A stretch of 64,000 bases of DNA from Octopus bimaculoides (GCF_001194135.2 NC_068992.1:23310820-23374819), one strand, 5' to 3'; counted from the stretch's first letter, positions 1 through 15,110 are shown. The notes: generated by a model from the letters alone, not told the origin. Made by a program: numbers and translations.

Positions 1-26
1 ATATATATATATATATATATATATAA

Positions 27-232
27 TTGACCGTTGACTGAACACTATTCAATTTTTTTTCTCCGTATTTTTTTCTCCGTGTTTTTCTCCTTGTCTCCGT
101 ATTCTTTCTGTTGAAGAGCGTAGCTCGAAACGTCAAAGACTTTCCGTATTCCTGAGCGTCATACTAATACATCCTTTTGTTATTTACACCACCTGTCCTC
201 GTCTGTTGTTGTTTTTTCGTACATTCTCCCAT
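27..232 (+). mobile_element. Penelope-type pseudo-LTR / retrozyme-like non-autonomous element
   Basis: Shares GAAGAGC.TAG(G)CTCGAAACGTCAAAGACTTT and the downstream TTCCTGAG...ACTAA block with 24690-24960. Has a pyrimidine-rich body with TTTTTCTCCGT repeats, lies between microsatellites and carries a hammerhead-like fold. Confidence 0.55.
103..139 (+). ncRNA. Minimal type I hammerhead ribozyme motif, variant core CUGUUGA
   Basis: Stem I TCTTT(103-107)/AAAGA(135-139); core CTGTTGA(108-114)+A; stem II GAGC/GCTC; GAAAC; palindromic ACGT stem III; GUC cleavage triplet (C134). Confidence 0.6.
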
Positions 233-853
233 ATATATATATATACACATATACATGCATATACACATATACATGCATATACACATATACACATAGATAC
301 ATATACTTGTGCTTAGCGGTTCGTATTAATGCGTTATGTATATTATATTTGGAGAAAATTGCATACAAATGAGTTTGATATAGTATAGTGTGACTATCTC
401 TAATTACCGTGTTTTATTTTTCTCTTTGAGTTTAACCGTCTATTGAATGTTGAGAATATCAATTGCCTGATATATGTAAATATGTATTCGATCAAAGGAA
501 GTGAAATTTGAATTCAATATATAGGCTTTTGAAGAAATTAAATTTTCAATTTTTCATTTTATATTTCTCTAGCCTTCCATCATAAACTTTTCGGATACGG
601 TTCTAGTAGCTTTAGTTTTCAACCTGCATTTTGTGACCTAATAAAATAGTTTTATTTATGTAGCGTATATAAGCTATTTGTTTGAGCACTATGCGTAAAA
701 ATTCGATAGATTGCAATGGTTCTAATTCAAACAAAGTTACTTACTAAACCCCAGTTTCAGAAAAATCTATAAAATTGATTTGAAAATATGAAATGAATAG
801 TCACCCAGTAAAATATTACCGCGCGTAGGTCTACGTATGGGGTTTCGATATGT

Positions 854-1965
854 GCTTTTCCGTGTATCGGCAGAGGCAAATGTCGTTTTTAAAGAAGTAA
901 ATTGACACCCAAATGTTGCTGCGTGTATAATGACTTACCGTACTAAGTACACTTGAAGCTGCTCGACGCATAGTAATAAATAATCATTAAGCAACGTATG
1001 ATGCCTGATGTTATGGAAGTAATTTAACCCAGAGCAGATTACATAAGGAGGAATATATTATATAATTTGAGCAGAGTTGCGTAGTGTAAGTGCGCTAGGC
1101 CCATAACCCATATATGTACATGGGTAGGTACAAAACATGATATGCAACAGAAGCTTATGCAGTGTCAAGGATTTACCAACTAAGCGGGTTCACCACAAAG
1201 CAAGTGTCGTAGCGGAAGGAACAGGATATTTCGCTTAGTGTAGAGGATATCTTCAGGATACAAACCTTTTCCAATTTCCATGGAACTGGAAGATATAGAG
1301 TTGAAGTTGACAGCTGTACGAACTTCGCGTTGGAATATTAATAAAAGAGACTGTCTATTACCTCATACAATTTGATTTTTCAGTTTCGGTATTATATAAA
1401 GTATTATGCTTGTTGTGATGTACTCAAATATTATTACACATTGCAGTTATTATATTTGTTTGTCTGCAAGAACTTGTTGCTGTATGTTTGTCACCTGATA
1501 AGAGTCTAAATGTGTGACTGTTGAATCTTTTCTGTCTTCAAGTAAGAATGGATCTTCTAGTGAAAATTCTCCGTACCCAGATCTATTTGCTGGGTAGAAA
1601 ATCAATCCTTTCCTCTGTGTGAGGGATTTAATATCAATTCTTTATCCAAGAAACACACTGGCGTACGATTTATTAGATAGCTACATTCAGTAGACTTCAT
1701 GTGACCGCTCAACTTGCTAGAAATAACGACCAGTATCCTCTTGCATTACAAGCTAGCTTTTTTGGAAATAGATCGATATATTTGAGTATTTATATATTTC
1801 ACAGGTCTCAACAGAAGTCTTCAATATTTAGGATTAGCAATATTTTATGATAGGTGTCCTAGGTAAGGGGTATTCTGGGTGAAACAAATATCAAGATCAA
1901 CTATATATTTGATAGTCATACACATTTATCTTTCTAAAATACTTTTATATATGAACAAAGTCGGT
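854..1965 (-). mobile_element. Heavily decayed Helitron/PIF1-like helicase remnant
   Basis: Minus-strand motifs in the expected order across frameshifts: TLFIYKSIL (~KTFLYKTLL, 1935-1964), *GN-RQSL (~GGDFRQTL, 1346-1364), EIGKG (~LxIGxG, 1264-1278), LN..SIT-SG..HTL (~LNSLTPSGLPPH, ~999-1028), QFTSLKTTFA...KS (~QFPLKLAFAMTINKS, 854-904). Spacing is imperfect. Confidence 0.4.
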
Positions 1966-3832
1966 GTCACAATAGATTTGTACGTAACTATAAGTTCTGT
2001 AGAATTCCTTTTCTGAAACTGCTCGTTCCTAATAATATGTAACGTTAATATGGCCGAACGATTAATTTACTGGATATTCTCCCCATAGATCGGAATTTAT
2101 AATTACTGATGGAATACCTTTGTGCTTCTGTTCAACATTAGGTATATTTAAGTCGTTACCATGAATACGATATCATATGGGATTGATGCATACGATACAC
2201 ATAAGTTTAATTCAAGTATGATTTATCTCCCATCTGCATGAAAACGGAACTAAGGACTATGAATCAAACGCTAAAAGCCCTGTAAATAATAATTAACTAG
2301 TGATGGTGCTGAACATTGACGGTAGCAAACAGTAAAGGCACTATTATTAATGCTATTAAATACCAGGCATATCTCTCTATTCATTCTGTGTACAGCAGAT
2401 AACGGGGGAAATGAATAGTATAGAAATATTAAATACTGCGAAATAGTCAAACAAACGAGTCTATTGAGGATTTAATAAATCTTTAATGTCAATGAATATG
2501 CAAATATTTTGAAGCAATAGATTTTGACTTTCCATAAGTGAACAATTTTGAATTTTGTATTGCGACTTCATGAATCATAATCAATAGCTTCGCTGCATAC
2601 CTTGTACTGTATCTATTTCCATATTTAAGTTGGTATTAATTCCTATGCTATACAAATGCCGAAATGACGGTGCATTAGACAAAATCACACATGGTATTTA
2701 GTTTCATTTATATATATTTAATGAAGTCGAAGATAACGCGTTTCATATCAGTTCTTTCATTTATATTCAATAAAGTAGGTACCATTGCTATTCCCACATC
2801 AATCCAGTTTATTATATTGAATCGTGTCAGGGTTATTGACATAAATCATTCCATTGCCCCATTTTTAATTGTACACTAAAGAAAATGCGCTTGCTCCTTC
2901 AACATACAATCTAAACCTATTTATGATTAGCGTATATAGGATTACATTTATAGCTCATATATTCCTTGGATGACTATGATATAGAAAGAATAGTGGTCGA
3001 TTTATTAAGCGTGCAGATGGCCGACTTAAACATTTCGGAAGGTGTATTTAATAGTGCATCGGTAAAAACTACCTCTAGTGAACTTAAAGAGATTCGGTTT
3101 TTGATTATGAGTTATGAGTTTGGTGAAGATATTTAGAATTCACTGTTCGATATCACAGAGTCGTAACTTGATAATTTAATGACACATAGGAAGTTAGAAA
3201 AATAAACACTATTGTGAAATACTGGGTCTTGTGATGGGTTTCCCAGAGATACTTCAATAGCGCATAGAATACAATTTTGGGACGGGCTGACGCCATTCGG
3301 GGAGAATGATTTGTCTCTGTCATTTAACACCTTGGAATGCGGATATCAATAAGCATAGGTGTGTGATAGGAAATAATGCCCCAGTTAGAAGGTTTTTAAT
3401 TTGGCAACGTGTGTGTTTCGGTTCAATGAATGTCATTCACAAACGTAAACGTTTGGAGAGCTGTATGGTTTTGGCAAAAAAGAGCAAACAAAAAAAAAAC
3501 GACCTACGTCAACAAGATGCAGCGGAGAGGGATCGAAAGAGACATATTGTTGCGAAGCAGAATTCTGAAATACACGAGATCGTGAACTATAGTTTCAAAT
3601 AGCGCAAGCGCAGCAGTGGGGGTAATAATATTAACATTCACACACCAATCACATCTGTGTATTCGATGTGTTTTATACCCCAATATCTTGAAATATTCTT
3701 GCACATTTTTCAAGTAACTCGGCTGTGCGTGTGTGTAAACGTACATACATATATTTATGCACATTTATATATACATATGTGTATATGTTCATATAAATAT
3801 ACATGCATACACAGACACACACACATACACAC

Positions 3833-3863
<31 letters not shown>

Positions 3864-4954
3864 AACACACACATACGAGGAGATGCTGAAAAGTCTCTGG
3901 AGTTAAAGGTATCGCGAAAGATTTTTCATGGGACGGAGAAAAACTGAAGGACCGCTGAAGTGTGTCAATCTCAGAGGGATATATATTGAATAAAATCTTA
4001 ATTAGCCAATCCTCCCGTATTTTGTTTCTCCCAAACCAGGAATGCTTCAGCAAGCCCTCGTATCAGCTAAGGAACACAGCTAAGGAACACAAAAACCTGT
4101 CTTATATTTCCTTATAAGGACTCCTAAATAATGACGTCTCCCTGAAATTATGTTGCTAAAAACTATCATCTGTTATGCACACATCAAATGAGATTGTTTT
4201 TAATGTGAATAGTGAAATTTGCTATCATATTTGCCAAGAAGAATCTGATCATTTCACTATACGATATTATATTTTTTAATGCCGTCAACTGCGCAAAAAC
4301 GTAGTCTGAAAATAGGAAATTTTCATCAGGAGAACTAAATTGTAATTTCTCAAAAATGTTCATTTAATTATTTTATTTGTTTTCCTTGATCGATTTCTAT
4401 TCTCGGTATTTCTCCGTTAGATCTTGTGATAAAGGTACTCAAAAAGAAATTTACTTGCAAAGCGAAATTCGCAAAACGGGCGTCCATCAAAAAGACGCAT
4501 GGGCATACACCATACATGCATGAAATCATACATGTATACATACAGAGACATACACACACTCACATATAAGTGTGTTTGTGTATGTGTCTGTATATATATA
4601 TATATATATATATGTAAATACACGTATACATATAAACACACATATATATCTATATATATATATATACATACATGCATACATATATATGTATACCTATATA
4701 CACACACACATACATGCATGTATACAAAGCGACCATCGGTCACTGATTTGCAACAAGCAACGAGCAAAATAGCAGGCTATCGCTCTGCTGGCCGGGTGAT
4801 ATCGACTGAGGAGAAGTCAACGAGAACAAAACTCAGCCAGTCTCGTGATTTTGTTGTCTACTAAAGGATGGTAAGCTTTCGCTCGACCTGCTAGAAATAT
4901 ATAGGGAGCAGCGGTACATCGATAACCAGCTGGCAGAAGATTTTCCAGGAGTTA

Positions 4955-5076
<122 letters not shown>

Positions 5077-5475
5077 AGAAAAGCACACACAGAGACATAT
5101 ACATTGACAGTAGAATTAGAAATTGAAACACCTTACAACAGTATTATATATTTGAAAAAGGAATGTAAATTGCTTCTCCTGATACCGTTTCTATCGTAGA
5201 AAGATTATCACAAAAGTCATTTCTATTAATTTTTGAAATAAGCGTATTCTCACACATATATGCATGCTTATATATACAAAATTAAGAGTTAAAATCTAAT
5301 AATGCTGTAAGAAGTGCGCAATATATATACATTTATAACCGCCCTATGAGAGTGTCTGGGATCACTAGACTTGTTTCGCCTATCAGTCGTAGCCTCGTTA
5401 GTAGTGACTACTCAAACGCTCGATGTTTTGGTGAAATGTGACTGTCAGATATATATATATATATATATATATATA

Positions 5476-6183
5476 NNNNNNNNNNNNNNNNNNNNNNNNN
5501 NNNNNNNNNNNNNNNNNNNNNNNNNNNNNNNNNNNNNNNNNNNNNNNNNNNNNNNNNNNNNNNNNNNNNNNNNNNNNNNNNNNNNNNNNNNNNNNNNNNN
5601 NNNNNNNNNNNNNNNNNNNNNNNNNNNNNNNNNNNNNNNNNNNNNNNNNNNNNNNNNNNNNNNNNNNNNNNNNNNNNNNNNNNNNNNNNNNNNNNNNNNN
5701 NNNNNNNNNNNNNNNNNNNNNNNNNNNNNNNNNNNNNNNNNNNNNNNNNNNNNNNNNNNNNNNNNNNNNNNNNNNNNNNNNNNNNNNNNNNNNNNNNNNN
5801 NNNNNNNNNNNNNNNNNNNNNNNNNNNNNNNNNNNNNNNNNNNNNNNNNNNNNNNNNNNNNNNNNNNNNNNNNNNNNNNNNNNNNNNNNNNNNNNNNNNN
5901 NNNNNNNNNNNNNNNNNNNNNNNNNNNNNNNNNNNNNNNNNNNNNNNNNNNNNNNNNNNNNNNNNNNNNNNNNNNNNNNNNNNNNNNNNNNNNNNNNNNN
6001 NNNNNNNNNNNNNNNNNNNNNNNNNNNNNNNNNNNNNNNNNNNNNNNNNNNNNNNNNNNNNNNNNNNNNNNNNNNNNNNNNNNNNNNNNNNNNNNNNNNN
6101 NNNNNNNNNNNNNNNNNNNNNNNNNNNNNNNNNNNNNNNNNNNNNNNNNNNNNNNNNNNNNNNNNNNNNNNNNNNNNNNNNNN
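5476..6183. other. Assembly gap (N run) between microsatellites
   Basis: Continuous N, flanked by (TA)n and (TG)n. Confidence 0.99.
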
Positions 6184-6242
<59 letters not shown>

Positions 6243-7009
6243 TGATTTATATATTAGAGGAAATATTCTCCAAACTGAACTTGAAATATAGTAGCAGTGA
6301 CTGGATCAAATAAACAGTTCATTATGCATAACAAAGAGTTCATCGAGTTCTTGTTAATTTTTAAATATTATTTATGAAACCGTGTCTTCTCTTGTAATTT
6401 AGTCTGTGTAGATTATTTCTCTATTGCCATGAGAGATTTAAATGTCTCCACAGTATCTAAATATTTCATTCTTGGTGATATTAGAAACGGAAATTATAGA
6501 GAGCTTGATTATATGGTTAACATATTCAATTTCGTTATCTGACATCCTATACTTGTGTGTTTGTTCCCCCCTTAGTGTTCTTCTATAAAAGCAACGATTC
6601 AATATCATCTGCTTTATTAATATTCAACTCAAATGGTTCTGCAGTTATTCTAAAACGTACACCATATATAATATTAAACATGCAAGATTTCATGCGTTGT
6701 ACAATGTTTCAATTTCTACAACGACGTGAACGTTATATTTATACACTGTAAATTGTTCTGCATTCGAATTATAGAAAATCGCAACATATTATTTCAGCAT
6801 CTGTCTATGAAACTAATGTAATGCAATTATAGCTAGTTATGCGTCTGCAAACTTTTCCGGTAATTAGCCGGCCATTATGTGTGGTGAACAGTGCAGTGTA
6901 CTAGATATATTCTTTTAATGACAATTCTCCCGTTGGACACACCGTTGGCCTTCATTCTGATACCAAAAAAAAAAAAAAACAAGCATTGAATTCCGATAAT
7001 ATACTACTT

Positions 7010-8081
<1,072 letters not shown>

Positions 8082-8084
8082 GAA

Positions 8085-8432
8085 AATGGAAATAATACAT
8101 TTCTAAATCTCTCAGAGAGATTTATACACCAGCAGCACGATAAAGTGATAGTAAGTTGTCAATTTAATGTGACAGTCCCATGAAAGACAAGAATGTTACT
8201 GTTATTTAGCTCTGGGAATCAAAGATTTTTGTTTGACTTGACACATTTCCTTGACTTTATATTTTCAAAGTGGTGACAAGCACCCGTGAAAATAGTTTCT
8301 GGATCTTGGCTCGTTGGGTGGAGGTGCTTGTCTCCACTTCGAAAACAGGAAACTGTTTCCTAGGGCTAAATAACAGTAGCATTTACCCTTTCATGGGTCT
8401 GTCACATTACATTGGCAACATACTAACACTTT
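8085..8432 (-). mobile_element. Fold-back element, copy 1
   Basis: Outer arms 8142-8218 and 8357-8432 are inverted. Inner inverted pair TTTTCAAAGTGGTGACAAGCACC/GGTGCTTGTCTCCACTTCGAAAA. Perfect 8-bp stem-loop TAAATCTC-TCAGA-GAGATTTA at 8104-8124. Homologous to 37482-37794. Confidence 0.8.
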
Positions 8433-9004
8433 ATTAGTATTATTATAAGTAGTAGTATTAATAGTAGTAGTGTTGTTGCTGTTGTTGTTGTTATCATTTT
8501 TGAATGAGAGAGCAGCGTATGCCATCAAAGTAACACTATGGCAAAATATACGAAGCCCAATCTGTCCATCGTTACTACCCATCTGAGACGGGTACACCAG
8601 GCACATGCATGACAATCATATGTGCGCGACATGATGATTGTATATTAAAATAAACAGCGCATGACCTTGCAGGTGGGGCCCAGTTAGAATTTTCTGGTTT
8701 AGTAGCTTATCCCGCTCAAAAGATCCCTGAATAACAGTTGTTTAAGGATGATGAAAAAAACTCCCATGTTTCCAGAGTTGTATTATTCGAACCTCAAAGA
8801 ATTCCTCTCAACACATGACTATAATGCTCACCCACCACTTCTGCTCGTGATCAGAGATGCACATATCATCAGCCACCAAGGGACATCCTCAACTGGTTAA
8901 GGTTAAGTAACTAACAAGCAAATCAGTGGTATTGAGTACAATATTTGCTGTAATCCATCTTTTATACCAAGACAAGACATGTACAGAACACTTACGACCA
9001 GACC

Positions 9005-9870
9005 CAATTAGAGCCATTTCTACTATCTGCGATATATTATAGAGAGCTCTGGGACCAGAGCTGGCTTCGATGGTGCTCTGATCAATTTGAATCTATCGAA
9101 AGCATTCGATAGGGTCGACCATCGATACTTGGAAGCCGTCCTGAAAGCAGGACCTATTTGTTCCTCTCTTGAGCGCAATTAGAGTTTTAAAAATACAGAC
9201 CCATTTTCAGAGCCTGGATCGCTGCAATGCACAGCAAAATATGTTCAGTGGTCAAAGGAACCGTTTGTCATCGCACCCTTGGTCCGTCAGGGCTGCTCGC
9301 CGTAGCTTCGTCTGCACGTGTTGACACTCGAGCTACTGTTGCGGACGTTGGAACAGCTAAGGAGCATCCTTCTGGGACACAGAAGTGCAGTGTCAACATA
9401 CCCACACAATGTTACCGTCGTGATGTTGGAAGCCTCCGAAGTCGAGACGGTCAGCACCATTCTCAAAGCATCTGATTCGGTTGCAGGGGCTAAAATCAAC
9501 GCCAACATATCGGTGGGTTTGCAGTTGGGCTCCAAGAGAGACAGGTCGATGCCATGGGATGGCGTCGTCGGACGCTAGACCGACAGACCAGCCATACTGC
9601 TCGGGGTCTGGTTTGGTACCGACCTCCAGGTTGATAAGAACTGGGATGAGGTGGCAAACAGAGGGTTCAGTCTTACCCAGAAACTGGTCATGGGGAAGCT
9701 GTCTTAGAAAGGTCGGGCAGAGTTGGTGAATGCCTACATCGCTTCCGTTATTATTAATCACCTGACCGTCATGCCTAGTCCCGATTACTGCCTGGCCAGG
9801 TTGGAGCGTATCTTATTTAAATTATTGTTGAAGGAACGCGTTCCAATGGTCAGTCGATCAGTCTGTTTCG
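9005..9870 (+). mobile_element. L1/Tx1-clade LINE reverse transcriptase fragment (decayed, internally deleted)
   Basis: Translates to LRYIIE..GALINLNLSKAFDRVDHRYLEAVLKA, VRQGCSP*L..VLTLE, STYPHNVTV (decayed YADD), GAKIN..SVGLQLG, GVWFGTDLQVDKNW, KLS*KGRAELVNAYIASVI. Confidence 0.85.
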
Positions 9871-12029
9871 CCTTGGATTCAGCTATGTACTTCTTGGATT
9901 CATCAAAATCTTCAGTGTTAAACTTCTCATACCAAATATGTACGATCTTTTTGTCTTTACGCAAGCTTTCTATTATTCAAAGAAACAAATTTTACAATGT
10001 ATAAGTTATTTATTAAATAGATTCCGTAATGGAGAAAGAGCCTGTTAATGTATAGTAAATTATTATTTGAAAGTCTATAGAAGAGAATATCTTAAAGTAA
10101 TTAAATATATCTTAAATTAATTAAATATATATTCAGAAAAATATTGAAATTGATAATGTCTGGGAAATTAATCAAAAAAATACTATATGTAAAATACTTG
10201 TGCTATAAATATATTCGCTGAATATATTATATCATATCATGTTCAATTTACATTACTATGAATTTTTTAATGTCTGAATAGCTATCTATACAAATACACA
10301 TACGCACATATATACATGCTTGTATAGTGATTTCAAATTTTGGTTTGAGGCAAGCAATTAGGGGATAAGTCGCTTACATCAATCCCAGTACTCAACACAG
10401 ACAGACAGAAAGATAGACACACACACATACACATGTATAAACATATGTATGCATAGCGTATATATATATATATATANNNNNNNNNNNNNNNNNNNNNNNN
10501 NNNNNNNNNNNNNNNNNNNNNNNNNNNNNNNNNNNNNNNNNNNNNNNNNNNNNNNNNNNNNNNNNNNNNNNNNNNNNNNNNNNNNNNNNNNNNNNNNNNN
10601 NNNNNNNNNNNNNNNNNNNNNNNNNNNNNNNNNNNNNNNNNNNNNNNTATATATATATATATATATATACGTATATATATATATATATATGTGTGTGTTT
10701 TTGTGTAGGTAGGAGTAATTCAACGCTACTGTTGCTAGACACGCTTTATGCATAAATGGGTGCGTTCGAATGGACGGGGGCGGGTGTAGAAAGATTGATA
10801 TATGTGTACATATCTAAGGAGATATATATGTACTTAAGAAGGCATGTAGAAAATAGCATAGGCAAACATGTAAAGGATAGGATTAGAACAACAAAACGCC
10901 TGAAAGCCCGTACAAAAGTATACACAACATACAAACATATAAGTTAATATGTCTGATTCTATTTACACCAACACACATCCACACAAACGTACGGACAGAT
11001 GTGTACATATATGCAAGTATAAATACACACACACGCATGGGGATAGAACACACAACCAGCCATACACTCACACACACACCACACCACGTAGAGGCACACA
11101 GAGATATATATTCATAGGCGTACATACATGTGCAGGCAGAGACATATTTCATGCACACACACACATGCGCACCCAGATATGCACATACATGGACGTAGGT
11201 ATACACACAAACACACACACATACGCACACCCTCACACAGAGAGACACACACTTTCATATATACATATGCACGCAGATACACACACAGCCACACATGCGC
11301 GCACACATGCTAGCAACCAAGCTACTCTGTTCTCTCCTCCCTTCTACTACTGCAAATAACTCGCACTCACACGACTGTTGGAACACACGCACACACACAC
11401 ACACACACATACACACACACACAAATACACACACACACATTCTCACACACGCATATACACTTACATACTCACGCAGGTAATCACACACGAACTCAAGCGC
11501 ACTCAGAAGCTGGTGCACACACCTACGCTATTCTCCCCTCCCCTCCCCTTCCCACAAGAATGCAATACACCCCAAAACCCACATCCTAAGCACACCCAAC
11601 TCTTTAATCGCACCCTCTAACAAAAACCCATAAATCTATAGGAGACATAAGACGGAAATAAAACGATAAATACGTAACACTAAAGCATGAAGGAGCTCGC
11701 GGATGGCTAGTACACACAAACACCAACAAACACACAAGTAGTCACACGGGCATACACACACCACCGCGCGCACATTCACGCACACTCGCGCTAGTGCATA
11801 CAATCCTTTTCATTATTCTCACCCTTAACCGGTATTGTAGTCTAGATACACCTACGAACGTACACACAAGCATACATACATATATAAATACGTTGGATTG
11901 GGTCACAGAGAGAGGAACGTAGCCTTCGAAGCCACTTGAGAGATCACGAGTCATCGAAATGGTTGCAAGCGGCAACGAAGTATTGAGTCATCCCATAAAT
12001 AATGCCCATTTGAAAATACCACATGCACT

Positions 12030-12360
12030 AATGAGAACTGCATGGTATGTAAGATTACATCCCAGAGCATTAACTGTATAACTAAAAACGTACTCTATGG
12101 CATAATATGCATAGAGGCGGCTTGGTACAAGAGCATGACATACATTAGTGACACATTTAGAAGCATTGGAAAGACAATAAAGGAAAATTTGAGACAGTAT
12201 GACGACAAAAGAAAAACAGTCCTCCATGCCTTACAGACATGTCAAGGACCAGCATGGAAGCACATTGGGTCAACCTGACATCCGCATGTTACCCAAGTAA
12301 CCGAAGGACCCAATACTCAGACAAATACAGGAGTACATCTTCATAACTGAAACATCCTCG
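12030..12360 (+). mobile_element. Penelope-like element GIY-YIG endonuclease fragment
   Basis: ORF 12042-12278 SINCITKNVLYGIIC..SMTYISDTFRSIGKTIKENLR matches the PLE pattern C.(S/T).NV.Y.I.C...YIG.T.R.L..R..EH. Downstream LRQIQEYIFI fits the domain end. Confidence 0.7.
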
Positions 12361-13270
12361 GTAGGGGATACACATAGAAGGTAGTGATACCTCAATGCCC
12401 ACAGTTTATATATAAGCGGGTAGATTTGTTAGTGGGTTACTAAGTAGGCGAATAAATATCGTTGCTATTACGCAAAAGTGTCGTAAATCTAAAACGTTGC
12501 TTTATCAGAAAACGAAAAAGATATTTTCACCATTCCATTTCTTTTTGCATTAGCAAAACCTTTGTACTACACTTGGACAATTTTCATATCTTGACATCTG
12601 AAGCAGCTGGAGATACGATAGTTTGACCAAAAGAACCGGTTATTGCGAGCATAAAGAAATATAGAAAGCAAAACACATTTGACCAAATTTGGACATAATA
12701 CGGATTAACATAATACCAACGATATATATAGGTAAGTAAATGGATATGTAGGTAAACAAATAGATAAGTAGATAGATAGGTACATAGGTTATACGGACAG
12801 AGAAGCATAAACTCACAGATACACATAGAAACACCCAAACACTCACAAACGCATTAATACGCAGAATAGATTGCAAATTTACATACACGCATACATATAA
12901 ATACATACACACATACACATACATACAGGCATACTTACATATGTTTATACACATGGACACTGACGCACGCACATGCACATAAACAAAAAGAACGCAGCTC
13001 CAATAACGGACAGAGTCAATAGCTATTGAAGTTCCAAAAAGCAACGAAATATTTGGAAAAAAATAAAAAATAAAATGAATGTAAATTGAACCGGTGTGAG
13101 TGTTACTTAATGAAGCATTGAAACAGAATGAGTATCCACAAACACAACAAAATATGCTTCAACACACCAATTCACATAAAGAATCTTGCAAGCCAAATGC
13201 AAAAACAAAATATACATATATATATATGTTCATAAATACACAGACGCACACACACTAACACACACACACC

Positions 13271-13316
<46 letters not shown>

Positions 13317-13454
13317 TGCACACACACTCACACACACATGCATATATGAACACAATTGCATTCAATAATGTGAATGAGACCTCAAAATATGCAAAACGTG
13401 GATAAATATTATTTGTTTGCATGTTTGCTCTCCTTTGTTTAAAATTGTTTCAGT

Positions 13455-13625
13455 CGTTAGACTCCAACCATGCTGGGGCACCGTCTTGAAGATTCTTTTT
13501 TTTTTGTGTCGAATGAAACAAACCGCAGTACAAATCTTTGTTTAGCCTGGTACCTATTCTATTAATTTCTTTGGTCGAACCACTAAATTACCAGGACGTA
13601 AACACACCGTCACCGGTTTTAAAAC
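13455..13625 (-). mobile_element. SINE 3' module (family B)
   Basis: CCATGCTGGGGCACCG...GCCTGGTACCTATTCT...GTAAACACACC is the reverse complement of the module at 21400-21605. Confidence 0.65.
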
Positions 13626-14639
13626 ACACATACATATATTATATATACATACATATATATAAAATATATATATGTATGTGTATGTATGTATGTGTGTGCA
13701 TGTGTGTGTACAACATGTAATACTCACCTGCATGAGAATGCTACATTAGATACCTTTTTCGTCTGTAATATGCAGTTTAATATGAACGAGAAACGGCTGT
13801 TTATTCAGAAGCATTTTAATTGTAATTAGAAGCCTCAGACGTTGATAACCTAAAATCTTATTGAGACAAAATTTCGCATAAATATGTCCTTTCATTTTCG
13901 TCTGGATCTATTCTGATATTTGTTAAACATGGTGAGATTTCTGGGCGTCTTCTCGTGTGTTACAGCTCCCTATAGACATCATAGTTTATTGAATATTGTC
14001 TACGTTTCACAATACTTCATAAAATAGTATTCTTTTTCTATGTCTCTATAATGTATATTCATCTATTTGTCAATTTAAATTATTCGAATTGCTTAACTTC
14101 TCATGATTACGCTCTTCAGGAAGATCGCAGATTCAATTTCATGCTACAATACTTCTCTAGGCCATACGTGTGTGCGTGTGTGCGTTATTAATGGTCATTT
14201 TAACCCTAAAGTGAAAGAAGGTCAATAAAGCGTAACCCCAATTAATTTTGGTTGATTGATATTAGGTATTTATATCCCATCCCCCTTACGGAAATAATTT
14301 TCCAATTAATAAAAAAAAAAAAGTTTTCGCGTCTTAACCCGACGCAGTGATACTGACATATATTTATATTATATTAAAGATAGATGAAATCATACAAAGA
14401 AATCGTAGCGCACGATTGAATGAGGTACAATGAGGGAGAGAGATTAAGAAAAAGAAAGGGAGAGAGGTAGAGAAGTGGGGAGAGAGAGTGAAACACTGTA
14501 TAAAAGTACATTAATATTTCCACATAAACACGCCGGGACACACTAGCACATGCAGAAAGCCATACACATATATTAGTTTGAAAAGACTGCCCTATCGCAT
14601 TTCAAGATCGGAAAGAAACAACAGTTTCTTTGGTTTTAA

Positions 14640-15110
14640 TTGATATATTTAATCAAGATATAATATTTTGCCATATATTTGATAGCAACATTTCATTTGT
14701 TTGGTAAATTATTGATCCTTAAGGCGTCAAATTCTTCTCTCTTTGAAGGAGAGAAACACTTAATATCATTTTTAATCTCTTCAAAATTAATAGCCCGTTT
14801 GTCCTCTAAGAAATAGCTCAAAGATATGACAAGATGTTAGTCACATGGAACAGGGTCAGACGTGTAAGGACGATGAGCGAAAACATACGTAGTTAATGCA
14901 GTGACCTTCTGCGTGACTTGTCTAACATGTAATATTGAATGATCATGTAAGAGTAATATTATTTTAGGAATGACCAATAATGAGCCTCTTTTCTGAAAAT
15001 AGAGGAACACTTCAAGTTGAGGACAATAAGTTCCCGCTCTTAATGCCTCATTTTGGTTTAAGATTTCGTGATAGTAAGCTCCATTCATACCCTGGTGTTC
15101 CGTTATAAGA
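14640..15110 (-). mobile_element. mariner transposase C-terminal fragment (pseudogene)
   Basis: ILLLHDHSILHV (~LLHDNARPHV), FAHRPYTSDPVPCD* (~LPHPPYSPDLAPCDY), HLVISLSYFLEDK..NFEEIK...SKREEF..LRINNLPNK* (~GI..LPERW). Confidence 0.85.

Noticed and set aside
4730-4950. AAAGGATG|GTAAGC at 4868-4876 as a first exon ending in ATG, and a protein-like frame LLKDGKLSLDLLEIY
   Set aside because: The adjacent CGCTCGACCTGCTAGAAATA resembles the repeat-like motif at ~1705, no downstream exon can be tied to it, and the frame has a stop just upstream.
5371-6313. Long ORFs of 290-380 aa here and at 29972-31154, 50304-50981 and 56544-57268
   Set aside because: They are open only because they run through N gaps and dinucleotide repeats (YIYI, VCVC, THTH, RERE).
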